Assembly (NCBI GenBank): GCA_017654855.1 | Contig: CM030336.1 | Span: forward strand, 620,001 to 684,000 | Direction: 5' to 3' | Length of the DNA stretch: 64,000 nt | Source of the DNA: Podospora anserina | Lineage: Eukaryota | In this document: positions 48,384 to 60,717 of the stretch, piece after piece | How the letters are laid out: each line of letters starts with the position of its first letter | How positions within the stretch are numbered: the stretch's first letter is position 1 | Notes under the pieces: generated by a model | What the model was told of the DNA's origin: nothing | The model's database searches: none | Seen by the model: the letters and a program-made list of their open reading frames with translations, nothing else | Translations under genes and position numbers: made by a program

Positions 48384-51254
48384 TCAGGTCTGCTTAACCC
48401 TGGGCGTCATATCCCTAACCACATACATCTCCCCGTAAACGTCAGCACTGCTCACAAAAACCCCCAACCCCTTCATCACCTTCCCCCCCTTTGTCCCCCC
48501 CAGCTCCTTTTCCAGCTCTTTGAGTGCCAGATCCAACATTTTCCTTTCAACCCCGGCGATCCCCATCATTTGCTCTTTTATATCTACCGCGCCCTCAAAC
48601 TCGGGGAAGTTGACCGCGTTGACGTTGTTCTCCTCCCTGTCTCTGTTCAGGCTGCCCAAGTCGTTGTAGATCCTGCAGATGGCGGATAAATGCCGGGAGA
48701 TGGAATTAAACAGGTGCTGGACTTTCGGTGTGGGAATGAAAAAAGGGGAGAGGAGGCATTGGAAGAGGGATATGGCGAGGGGGCCGGCGGTGTGGGTGCC
48801 TGAGGTGGTGTGGAGCCAGTCGTAGAGTGGGGAGGGGGGTGATACAAGGGTGTGTTTGTTTGGTTGGAGGGAGAGGGCGTGGTTGTATTCCATTTGGGTT
48901 AGGTGGGCGGAGAGGTAGGCTTTCAGCTGGAGGCGGAGGTTAGACTGGAGGATGGGTGGGGCGGTCTGGACATAAGGGAGGACGGAGATGGTGGTGAGGA
49001 AGTGGGAGAGTGTCTGCTTGATGGTGGCGAGGAGGGGGGTTGGTGGAGGGGTGAATAGGTTGCCCAAAAGGGGGATGGAGCTGAAGAGGGATGGGGTGGT
49101 GGTGGGTGGTGTAGCCGGGAGATGGAAAAGAGTGTCGAGCTCTGAATGGAGTCTGGCGATGGCTTCGGGTGGGAGCTGGGAGACAGAGGTCTCGATGAAC
49201 TCGTCTACTTGGTAGGCTAGGGCTGAGATGACCATCATCTCGAGAAGGATGTGGGAGCCGAGAGGCCGGCCGTGGAGCTCGTTGCCTGCTACCCAGGTGA
49301 AGGGGATGTAGGCGAGGTGCTTCTCTTTGGTGGCTGTTCGACCGGGGAATATCTCCAGACAACGCTCGCGTAGGCGAGAGACGAAAAGAGAGCTTTCGAT
49401 GAGGGAGATATCAATCCTGGAGGTGGAGACCTCGGAAAACATGGGCAACTGCCGGAACAATTTGGCTGACTTGAGTGTGGCTTCGAGGTTGGGAGGAACG
49501 AGCTCTTGCAGACGGGGCGGAGCGGGCAGGATTGTGCACTTCATGGCAGCGAGGAGAAATGCCTGAGACAGGTTGCGTGACCCGTATGTCACCTTTTCGA
49601 TCCAAAGATGTTCGGGCTCGAGGTCGCAGTTGAGATACTGTCTAAGGAAACCCTTCGCACGTTCAAGGGCTGCATTTATGTGGGAAAGAATCGGCTTGAC
49701 GGTAGGAAGTGAGGCAATGCGGGTAATGGCAATGACGGCGTAGGCTGTGCATTCGCGTTCTCCATCCCAAGAACCATCGTCTCGTTGAAACCGCAGAAGA
49801 TGGCCCATAATCTGGTGGGCGACGGTAACGGCATCAACAACAACCTCTGTTGGTAGGTTGGGTAGAACCCCTCGTCCCCAGCTGTCTAACCCGCTCATGA
49901 GTCCTTGTGTCATGAGCATCATTGGATACAGCGAAGATAGATGCTGTGACCAAGGTAACCAGTTAGCACTTCTGTTTGTGTCCAAACTGTTTTGGAAGCA
50001 AGGTAGACTTACCCATTTGTCTCTTATGCCAACAGGTTCGGTATTCCACTTGTTGCAGAGGTATCGCATTGCCATCTCAATAACATCAACATGCTGACTG
50101 GCATCGGGGCTTGCACACAATGAGGTCAAGCAGTTGCAGTTAGTGGTGATGCTGGCGTCTCTTTCACCGGCATATGTCCTGAAGTGAGCTTCCTTGGCTT
50201 TCCTGTCAACCAGGGTGACCAATTTGGACGCTGGGGTTGGTGATCCCATTAGGTTCAAAGTGGTGATACCTTTGGCTGTATCGTCTGCATCCAGCTCCAT
50301 TCCCTCAGCTACCGGGGTTAGCAGTCATTCTTGCCATGCGTGTCGAAAGGGCAACTCACCGAATCCAATGAACCCAGATCCTGCCTCAAACGCCCCTTCA
50401 AGAGTCTGACCAATCTTTTCCAGACTCTCGGTCCCCAGGTCCTCCCGAGTGAAGCCGTTTTCCAACAGAGTGGCCACGACCCAAGTGTATTCGAAATACG
50501 TCGAAGGAAAAGCGCTTGGAACACCACCACTACCATGCCCAGCACCGTAGAGAACAACATGTTGAAGATAGGCCTCAGCTTCGTCATCCCATGTCGAACA
50601 GTTCATGAGGTATGCTGCGGTCGACGCAGGCGAGGCCATCATGCTACCCATTTGCTTGTGCTGACTGAGACGGTCAAAGTCGACATCTCCAACAAAGGCC
50701 TCGAGTGAGTGTAGGAGTGTTGATTTGTGCCCTTCGTATAGCTTGTCCAGCCTGACTCGTGCCATCTTCATGGCCCGAATCTTTTCCAACATGGCGCGTG
50801 CTGGGAACTCCAGGTTGATTCCCTCCTTGGCGAGAAGCTGGAGCAGTTTCGGTAGTAGCATCTCGAATCCCACAGGCAAAGTGGTTGAAGCGTCAAGCCA
50901 AAAGGCTTTCAGCTCCCTGTCCAAGAATTGGGTTGCCCGTGAGATCCGATCATTGAGGTCAGCAGTGTTGGACTCTCCCCGATGCTTGCAAAGGGCAAGA
51001 ATGGCCGCTGCCGTGTTGAGGATGACATCTGTCTCAGTGCCGTGACCAATCCACCCGCCATTCTCGTGCTGCTGGTCGAGAATCAGGGTGAGACTGGATG
51101 GAAATAGCCACTCTGTCTGGTCGCCGACGACCTTGGTGATCATAGAGATCCATGCTGTGTCATAGATGGAACAGGTCATGGACCCGACGCCATAGGTGGG
51201 GTGATGGCCTCGGGCGAGACCCTCAACGAGCTCTGCTGCCGCGTCGATAAGCAT
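48384..51254 (-). CDS. Bifunctional class II/class I labdane-related diterpene cyclase (fungal CPS/KS type); introns 50359-50309 and ~50012-49944
   Basis: SIYDTAW, QHENGGW, PVGFEM, LLHSLEAF, SPASTAAYL, class II DADDTA, class I QVDEFIE and NDLGSLNRD, WIEKVTY. Confidence 0.93.
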
Positions 51255-51936
51255 GGTGATGTCGATGGCGTCTGCAAAGAATGTGCAGCGGACTCGTCAG
51301 ATGCAAGAACACTCGGGAGATGTCTACATGTACATAACTCTATCGGCACGGGGATTAAACGGACGTGATGACAACATAGCAATACATCGAGGCAGACTCA
51401 CATCTCTTCCCTCCAGGCTCCTCTCTTGCCATGGCACAAACCGGCATGTGAGTTGGCTCCAGGTGGGCCGGAGGCGGCGCAAGTGTGAAAACCAAGACGA
51501 GGTTATCGCACTGGCGGTTGGTGCTACCTCAAACCGAATCAAACCGAGGCAGTCCAAATAAAACCCCCAGGGGCTGCGCAGGTAGTTACAGCTAGGCAGG
51601 AAGGCCCGGATCACACGTAAGGCTAACACACGGCATGATTGCTGCCTTGCCGCTTTCAGAGTCGCATTCCATCATACCCACCGCTCTGGTCCAAGCCACT
51701 CAAGATGCGTATCGTGCCTGGAGACTGGAGAACAAAAAGACCCGTTCCTTGCCGGCATATGGTCTCTACAAAGCTGTCGAGTACCTTTTTCACTCACCCC
51801 TGCCGCCCAGTCACATGCACCCTGTGCGGCGCAGCTGGGGTACAGGTACATCAAAAGGTCCACCCGGCATCTTGCTTCCAACAATCTTGCCGGTTCACCG
51901 GACTGTGACGGTCAATGCGAGATCTATCCAACCACC

Positions 51937-53596
51937 ATGGCCTTGCTTGTTGACTTGCTGGATCACGCGCCATCTGGGAGTGGACGAGCCATTGTTGGCT
52001 TGGTCGCCCTTGTTTTCGTTTTGAACATATTGTTCTGGAGCACCAAGTACTGCACTGTGTCTGGTTCGCCAGTCGCTGGTCGAAAGTGGTGGTTTGAACC
52101 CCTGATTCTTACAAGATATCGTTTTCTTCTCAACGGCTGGTCGGTCACCCAGGCAGGATGGGATCAGGTGAGCACTTCTGTTGTTAGCTACTCCTTCTGG
52201 ATGCAATGCTAATCGGGTTTTCAGTATGGCGATCGCATCTTCACGATTGCCCGTCCTGATTCCAACGTCACGGTGCTCCCACCGCGGTACCTGGATGAGC
52301 TTCAGAATCTGCCGGATACCAAGCTCAATGGTATTGAAGCGCTCGCTGCGGTATGTATATTTTTTTACCCGTTGATGGTTGCAAAATCGAGACTGACAAC
52401 CACCGCAGGACATGGGTGACGAGTACAGCGGAATCTCAATCCTCACGGGCACTCATTTGACCTTCAATGTTGTTCGCAACAAGTTGACCCCCAAAATGCC
52501 CGCTATTATCACTCCGCTTATGGAGGAGCTGGAGGATGCCTTGAAGATAGAGCTACCGGACTCCAAAGAGTGGGTGGCCGTTGATCTCGGCAATGTCTTC
52601 ACCCGTTTCGTGTCAAGATTGACGACACGTGTGTGGGTGGGTAAAGAGCTCAGCCGCAACGACGGCTGGCACACCGACAATATCCGGACGGTTGAGAATA
52701 TCTTCATGACGGCGATAGTGCTCAGGTTTGTGCCGCCAGCTTTGCACCCAATCGTGGGGGCGCTTCTGCCCACGCGCGGACGCATTCGCGAAGGCATCAA
52801 AAAGGTGCAGTCATACCTTGTGCCGCTCATCGAGGAGAGGCGGCGTCGTCAGGCGGAACTTGGGACGGTGCCTGAGGAGGAGGAGGATGTTCTCCAGTGG
52901 CTGATGGACGGCGCAAGCGAGGAGGAGTCATCTGCCGAGAACCTGACCGAGCGTTACGTGTACTCGGTGATTGGGTCCCTGTACACGGTTTCGGGTGCCC
53001 TGACTGACTGCCTGCTCGACCTGGCCGAGCATCCCGAGCATGTCGAGCCGTTACGCCAAGAGCTCAGGCAGGTGATGGCAGAGAGCGGCGGGAAGTGGGA
53101 AAGGGGCACAGCAGCCAAACTGGTAAAGATGGACAGCTTCATGAAGGAGTCACTGCGGACGAACGCGCCGAGTCCCTTCAGCCAGAAACGGATCGTCAAG
53201 GAGGAGCTTACGCTGTCGGACGGGTTGAAGCTGCCGGCTGGGGCGTACGTGTGCATGATCGATCAATCGGCGATCGGGAGGGGGCCGGACAAGTTCGATG
53301 GGTTCCGGTACGCAGGGATGCGCCAGGACCCCGGGTTCATGACCAAGTACCAGTACACTTCGACGGACCGCGACCATTTGACATTTGGGCACGGCAGACT
53401 GGCCTGTCCCGGACGGTTCGTGGCGTCCCTGGAGATGAAAATGGTGCTTGCGGCTATGCTGGAACGGTACGAAGTAAGCTTTCATCCGAGTGGAAAGGGG
53501 GGTGTCAGACCTCAAAAGATACAGCTGCTGGAGCTTGCGTTCCATAATCCGGCCAGTCGTGTCTACCTGCGGCAGAGACATCAAACAAAAGAGTAG
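51937..53596 (+). CDS. Cytochrome P450 (ent-kaurene-oxidase/terpenoid-tailoring type; 2 introns)
   Basis: N-terminal TM; KMDSFMKESLR (ExxR), FDGFRY, heme FGHGRLACPGRF; introns ~52168-52224 and ~52351-52408. Confidence 0.93.
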
Positions 53597-54199
53597 GTAG
53601 TACTCGCTGGTGGTATCGGCGTCTAAGCCCGAGCTATCCGCTGTGAGGTAGCTAGTCAGAACATGAAGTCAGCAACAAATTGATCAGATGTCATTTCTCA
53701 CCCACCTACCTTAGTCTCAGCGGTCCGTCCAGAACTCCTCCTCCCGTCTCGCGCCGCGCCGCAATCCTGCACGGCCGGCAGTGCTAAGGGCATTATCGGC
53801 TACTGGCTCCGCCGCCTGTTGCGTTGCCTTGTGTAGATTGAATGGACCGCTGCAAACAACCAACAGATTGGAGCGGCTGCCCATGTCACCGTGCCCGACA
53901 CAGTACCCCTGCAGAAGGGCCCTTGCTGACGTTACACAGGCACCGGGGATGGGACACCCGCCAACTGGACACCTGCTGCCAGTGGATGCCAGTGTACCGC
54001 CCCTCCATCGTCACCTGGCATCACCACCTCCTGGTGGCAGGACATCAAAGTTGAAAGCATCACTTTTCCTCCCACCGGATCCCGTTGCTTGTGCATTTTG
54101 CTATCCTCCCAACCATTTCCCTACCGGTCATCACCTTCTCCATATTCGGCATTCTACCTCTGCTCTAGTTCCCAGTTCCACACACCTACCTGAACCACC

Positions 54200-56096
54200 A
54201 TGGACTCTGAGCACGATTTCATCATTGTCGGCGGCGGCACGTCTGGGCTGGTGGTTGCGGCCCGGCTCACAGAGGATCCAAACACTTCGGTTCTTGTCGT
54301 TGAAGCCGGCACCGAGCACACCAACGACCCACGCATCCGGACACCGGCCTTTTGGCTTTCTGTTTTGGGATCACCTGACTTTGACTGGGCTTACAAGACC
54401 GTCCCCCAGGTGCGAACGCCCCAATCATCCTCCTCATCGTCAGCAGCCACTAACTGTCGCCTAGAAAGGACTTGATGGCAAAGTCATCCCCCTGTCGCAG
54501 GGCAAGCTCATCGGTGGCTCAAGTGCTATCAACGGCCTGGCGTTTGTGGCCAACTCCAAAGCTGCCGTTGATGCCTGGGGTGCTTTCGGCAACCCAGGCT
54601 GGGACTGGGAGACCTTGGGCCCCTACTACAAGAAGTTCCACACTTTAGCACACCCATCCGACACTGCTGGCAAACACCTCCGTCTTTCCTATGTCGATGA
54701 AAGCGTCCGTGGCTGCGACGGCCCCATCAAGGCATCCTTCCCCGAAGAATCCAAAGATCCTCTTCCAAACGCCTGGGTCGACACCATCGGGGCCCTGGGC
54801 TTCCCAGCCTCTGGAGATCCCTTCAGTGGGAAATTCTCTGGCGGTTATGTCAACGCCTTGAGCGTTGACCCCGAGTCACGCACACGCAGTGATGCGGCGA
54901 CGGCCTATTTCGAGCCTGCCAAATCCCGTCCCAACCTCCATGTTGTGACCAGTGCCCTCGCAGAAAAGATTTTGTTCGACACTGCTGGCGCGAGTCCGAA
55001 GGCCGTTGGGGTCCAAATCCAAAAGGACGGCAAGACTGTCACTCTCGCCGCCAAGAAGGAGGTCATCCTCGCCGCCGGAGTCTTTGGGTCGCCAAAGCTT
55101 CTGGAGCTGTCGGGCGTTGGTAACAGAGAGCTTCTTGAGAAGCTAAACATTCCGGTAGTTGTGGATAACCCCAATGTGGGCGAGAATCTGCAAGATCACC
55201 CCGTTTCCAGCGTGAGCTTTGAGGTTGAGGAGGGCGTCAAGACTATCGATGCTCTGACCCGACAGGATCCCGAAGCCGTCGGTGCCGCGATGCAAGAATA
55301 CATGACCAACAAGTCAGGCCCCTTTGCTGTGGGCAACTTCACCGGGTCACTTCTACCCGTGGCCGACTTTGTCGGGCCTGATGGAAAGTCTACCCTTGAC
55401 CAGGTCATCAAGCAGATAACGGCTTCGAACCCCAGCCCGTCATCTGGCGATTTTACGCCTCATCACACCGAGTTTGTGCACTCGGTCCTGGCAAACCGAG
55501 CAGAAGGTGCCGGAAACCTATTCATGTATGCGGCCTGCGCCAATGTGAATCCTGACAGCGTGGGCGCCGACATTATTGTAAAGGATGCGTCCCCGGCCAA
55601 CTTTGTTACAATCTGCGCGGCGCTGTGCTACCCACTTTCACGTGGCAGCGCCCACATCACGTCTTCCAACGCCGCGGACCTGTCGGTCATTGACCCCAGA
55701 TATCTGGAGCACCCTCTGGATCTGGAAGTCCAGGCCCGTCTTCTGCGGTACGCAGAGACCATTGTGCGCACCGAGCCCCTGAGCAAGTTCATCAAGCGAG
55801 GTGGACGCCGGAACGCGGGGGCTCCCGCTGACCTCAGTGATCTGGATGTGGCAAAGCAATACTCCAAGCTGTCGGCGCTCAGCTGCTGGCATCCCACGAG
55901 CACCTGTGCCATGCTTCCCCGTGAGCGGGGAGGTGTTGTGGATGCTCGGCTGCATGTTCACGGCGTCGAGGGCCTTCGCATTGTCGATTCCAGTATCATT
56001 CCTCTAGCCACGCGTGGCAACACCCAGACGACAGTGTACGCGGTCGCAGAGAGAGCTGCTGACCTTATCAAGAAGGAATACGGCATTGGAAACTGA
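54200..56096 (+). CDS. GMC oxidoreductase (intracellular, no signal peptide; intron 54409-54464)
   Basis: DFIIVGGGTSG, GGSSAING, EVILAAG..GSPKLLELSGVG, GENLQDHP, WHPTSTC, GLRIVDSS, GNTQ. Confidence 0.95.
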
Positions 56097-57091
56097 AGAG
56101 TTTCAGCACATATGCGGGTAACCGCTTGGATGTAACGAGGTGAATGCAGGGCGGCCTTCTAGAACTATTTTCTCTCCAAGCAATAATCTGACACCGAGTT
56201 CCTACAATATTTGCTTCGTCCACTGCTGCATGAAAAATCCTTGCATTTAGACCACCACACCAACTGGCAACCACACAGCGGAGAAACGAAATAGCGAGAC
56301 AATTCGGGCCTATCTCGACCGAATTCTGTTCCACTCCAGAGCGGCACGGGTACCGGGTTCACCGCGGAGGCTTCCGACCCCGTGTGTACTGTGCAACACA
56401 CCAACCAACACCAATACCACCCACCCAGCCGAACGAATTATTGGACGGTTGTTGGTCGTGGAGGGTGCAGCTGGGCGGCACACAACCACTCAACCCTCTT
56501 GGTTGCTATCAGCTGCGCCACAGGACTGCCTGCTTGTATTGATTTGACAAATGCATTGCAAAGGACGGGAATAATTACTGTGACGCTGGGGAAACAAGAG
56601 TCCGATCCTTCCATACACCCTCCAGCTCCCACCTTCTACAGTCTGTCTCTTCAGGACATTGCCTGCAACCCCGTGCCCTTCTATTGCGTTTCTCTATCGC
56701 TCGCTGGCAGAAGCGCCATCGAAGGAGAGGGTCGGTGTGGTATTGGGGATTTTTTCCACATGCCATCCGCATTTCGCCTCTTGTAACAACCGTCGAGCTG
56801 TTGTCCGTCTCCTTTTATTCTTCACAAAGTTGCGTGGGTGTACAACTTCTTTTTAACCGGACGAGCTGACTGCTACACACACACAACAAACTCTGTTTTT
56901 TCTTTTCTGTGCTTTTTTTTCTCTTCCGAGCTTTCCGGTGAGGTGAAGAGGGAGCACAGCCCGTTCACCACCACAACCACCGCCGCCGCCGCTGCCGCCG
57001 TGGTAGCCTAGACATCACCCCCAAACCAAGGTTTTTTTTTTAATTGTTGGAAAAGGCGAACACAACAACAACGCCGCCGCCAACCGCCAAG

Positions 57092-58668
57092 ATGGATGGA
57101 CCAGACGGGATGCCGATGGATCTTAACCTCATACCTGCGATGGCGCCGCCGGAGGGTCAGGTGCCCAACTTTGAGAACCCGTCGGTGAACCAGGCGCCTG
57201 CGTACATCGCCGTCGCGGCCGTGTTCATGGCCCTGACGGTGTTTTTTGCTGGTGTGAGGTTCTGGGCGCGGTTTTTTGTGCAGAGGGCGCCGTGGTGGGA
57301 TGATTGTGAGTTTTTGTTACTGATCAAGTCATGATGGATTGAGGCTGACGAATGCGATAGTGTTTATCTTTTTGGCGTTGGTGAGTGATGCTGGTTCGAG
57401 GCTGTTGGTGATGATGGGAGTGACTGACTGTGATGTGATAAGTTGTGTCAAGGTGCCTATATTGGGTTGGCTATCTGGCGTACGTTGTTGATACCTTTTT
57501 TCTGCAGATGATCTGAGTGATGATTTGCTGACCATCAGACAGTCTCCCTCCACGGCGTGGGCAGACACATGTGGGATGTCTCCGTCGCGAGCGTCATGAA
57601 GCTCATCGAGCCTGGTCGAGCCATTGGCGATGTCACCGAGCCCGCCATCGGTTTCACCAAGCTTGGTCTCTTGCTCTTCTACTACAAGCTCTTCGCCGTG
57701 AATGACCTCACCAGAATCGGCTCGCTCGTGGGCATGGCTGTCGTCGTGCCGCTGTACACGGCGCTCTTTTTCGTCTTTGTCTTTATGGATGAGGCCTCGG
57801 CGTGGAAGGCGAACAAGGCCATGGCCGTGTTCAACATCGTCACCGATTTCTACCTTCTCGTGTTGCCTCTCACTGCCGTGGTGTGGCTTCGCATGGAGCG
57901 CAGAAAGAAGATTGGTCTCATTGTTATTTTCTCCAGTGGTTTCCTGTATGTCATCTCCCCATATCAAGGTACCATTGAACCGCTCACTGACAAACCAAAA
58001 AAGCGCCTGCATCCTCAGCATCGTCGGCGCAGTCTACCGCTTCCGCGCCGCCGACGACCCCGACTTCACCTGGGTCCTTTCCAACGTCTACCTAGTCAAG
58101 TAAGCCCCCCTTATCTCTCCTTTCTATCTCATCTCATCTAACCCCGCCCAGCACGATCGAATGCTGCGTCGGCATAATCTGCGCCTGCGTCCCCTTCCTG
58201 CCCGCCCTCGCCAAAAAGTCCCCCATCACGGCCGACTGGATGATCTCGCTCAAATCCCTCCGCGACCGCATCCTCTCGGCCGGCTCCCGCGGCTCCCGAG
58301 GCAACCGCTCCCACCCCTCGGCCAACGACTACGCTTACTACGGCAACTCCAAGGACCGCAACGCAAGCGGGGAGATCGACCCCGAGCTTGGCGGTACTGC
58401 TTCCCTCCGACCGCCCACGGGCAAGAGCAGCAGCAAGAACACCACGCAGGAGGTGGGGTTGGACACGATTGACGTGATTGATTCCATGCCGGGGCTGTAC
58501 GGGGATGAGAGGAGCAAGGAGAGGAAGGTGAGGGGGGAGATGTTTAGAATGGATCCGACGTTGCAGACGCAGACGGAGACGAGGGTGGGGAGTGACGGGG
58601 AGAGCGGGGAGGGGGTCAAAGGGGGGATTGAGGTGAAGAAGGGGTATGCGGTTACTGAGGGGAGGTGA
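57092..58668 (+). CDS. PTH11-like / rhodopsin-domain membrane protein with micro-exons
   Basis: APPEGQVPNFENP, RFWAR...WWDD, GRHMWDV, FTKLGLLLFY, NIVTDFYLLVLP, ECCVGIICACVP; about 5 introns with short exons at ~57361-57380 and ~57442-57479. Confidence 0.85.
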
Positions 58669-60717
58669 AGAAGGGTGATTTGATGGAATTGGATATATCC
58701 GGTCACTGTGGGATTGGATAGGAGCTTTGGTCACGCTCGGGTTTATGAGTATTTGATGATGCCAAATAAAAAACACATTGTCCTTGAGATCTATCGTCAC
58801 GCGTCTTTCTACAAGTCTGTCTCTGGGTCCTGATGTTGGGTTCCTGATGATTGTGACAGCTGGGCGTTGAGCTGTTCATGATGAGATTCTCTTCGTAGCT
58901 AGCAGTAAATCTACCGCGTGATCTTGTCAAATCGTTTTGCTCCTCGTGAAACACGTGGAATCAATCTCCAACACACGGTCGTAAAAACAGGGTGTGCCCC
59001 GACCAGTTCTTGTTCCAGTGCCGATCAGCAGCGGCCACCATCCGTGCAGGTGGAAGCCATGTGGCATCCCTCTTGGCTGATCTTTGCTCTCCCCCCGGGT
59101 TCATCTTGGAGATCTGTCCCGCCCCCTCCCCCTCGATCACTTCCCCGTGCTCTTTCCCCATTCATCACGGTACCTCAATCAACACTGCAGCCATCCTCTC
59201 GTCTCAATCTCAAACATTATCCCCCGTGGCGCACGCGAAAATGACACCCACATCACATCAGTCAAATTTACCCATCCAGGTACCTAGCTTACTGTGTTGC
59301 AACGAGAATGGAAGGGGGACACCCCCCGGTGAGCCGGGCACCTCCCAAACCAACACCCTCCATCCATTCCCACCACATGCTGTGATGTATATTGCTTACC
59401 TCTTCACGTCATCCAATCGCATCCTTTCTTCTTCTCCCTCTCTATTTCCCGTGCGCCCATCCTCTCCCACCAAACATACGCTGTAGGACCCACCGTAATT
59501 CCCGGGCGCCTAAGCACCACTGCGGCACAGCCCGTCCGTTGATCCCCGAACGCGTACAGGTGCAAATCTCGGGGTCTTCGGGATCGCTTGTTGGGAGGAG
59601 GAGGGGCCCGGGGGGGATCTCTGCTGCCCGCACCGCACCGGTCACTGTTCACAAAATCCCACAACAAGACTGCGCCACCAAACGGTCCGAATTCCCTGAA
59701 GCGCGTGTTTTTCCCCCCTGACAAGAAAGCGGGAGTGGCGCCATAACTGCCGGAAGGATCTGCGTTGGCCAGGGGGGAGAGGGAGGAAGAGCCTTATGGG
59801 GCAGGTTGTAGTAGACTGTGCCTCTTGAGACGTTGCGGTGGATGTTGCCGGAGTGTCGGGTGGTGGACTGGGAATGAAACTCTCGAGCAGAATTGATCGC
59901 AGGCTGCAACCGAGCGAGACAGCGAGCTTGTTGGTGATGGGCTTCTGTGATGGAAGGGTGACACTGGGACGAACGGCTACCGGTGTTGCGTTCGGAGGGA
60001 GGGGAGTCGATATCACGTCGGCGGGTTCGTGTGTCTCATCTTTGCTTGGTTTGCGGTTGTTGGCACCGTCAGCCGTGAAACCCGGTGTGCGTGGCTTCTG
60101 AGGTTTATCCGTGGCTTGTTCACCGGTGGTACACTGTAGCATCCAACGGTTTGCGAAGCCTAGCCGGAAACCAAATCCCGGGGGGCGTAGCAGGGCACCC
60201 AGGCCCCCAAGTACCGTGACTTGTGCTGCCTGTACCTACCCAGGTTGCCGCGTTCATCTAGGCACAGCCAGATCGATCCCTAGAATCCTTTCAACCATCA
60301 CGGGCCAAGGTCAGGTCATCGAGACGAACTTGGTTCCATAAATGGACGGCAGTGTCTCCATTCGTCCGTCAGTTGGTGATGGTTTGCTGAGGCGGCGCAG
60401 GAGGTGTTCGCTGCTGCGACGGCTTAGTTCGGTTCTGGGTGACACGATGGTGACGCTTTGTTTGGAAACAAGGCACAGGTAGGCAGGCAATGAGCAAGCG
60501 GGCAGATTTTTGCGGTGCTGGGTTGCCATCGCCGGGTAGCGGTGGTTCTTGTATGCGTCGTTGGCTTTCCTCTCGAGCGGATGCTTGAAATCCCTATCAT
60601 CATTAGACCAGACTGTTACCACACGCAAGTCAGTACCGAATTTTGGAAAGATTGTTCGCTCAGCTTTGCCTCATTCTTTCTTTTCCACCTTTGATACCTA
60701 CTCTGATTCCAAGCATC

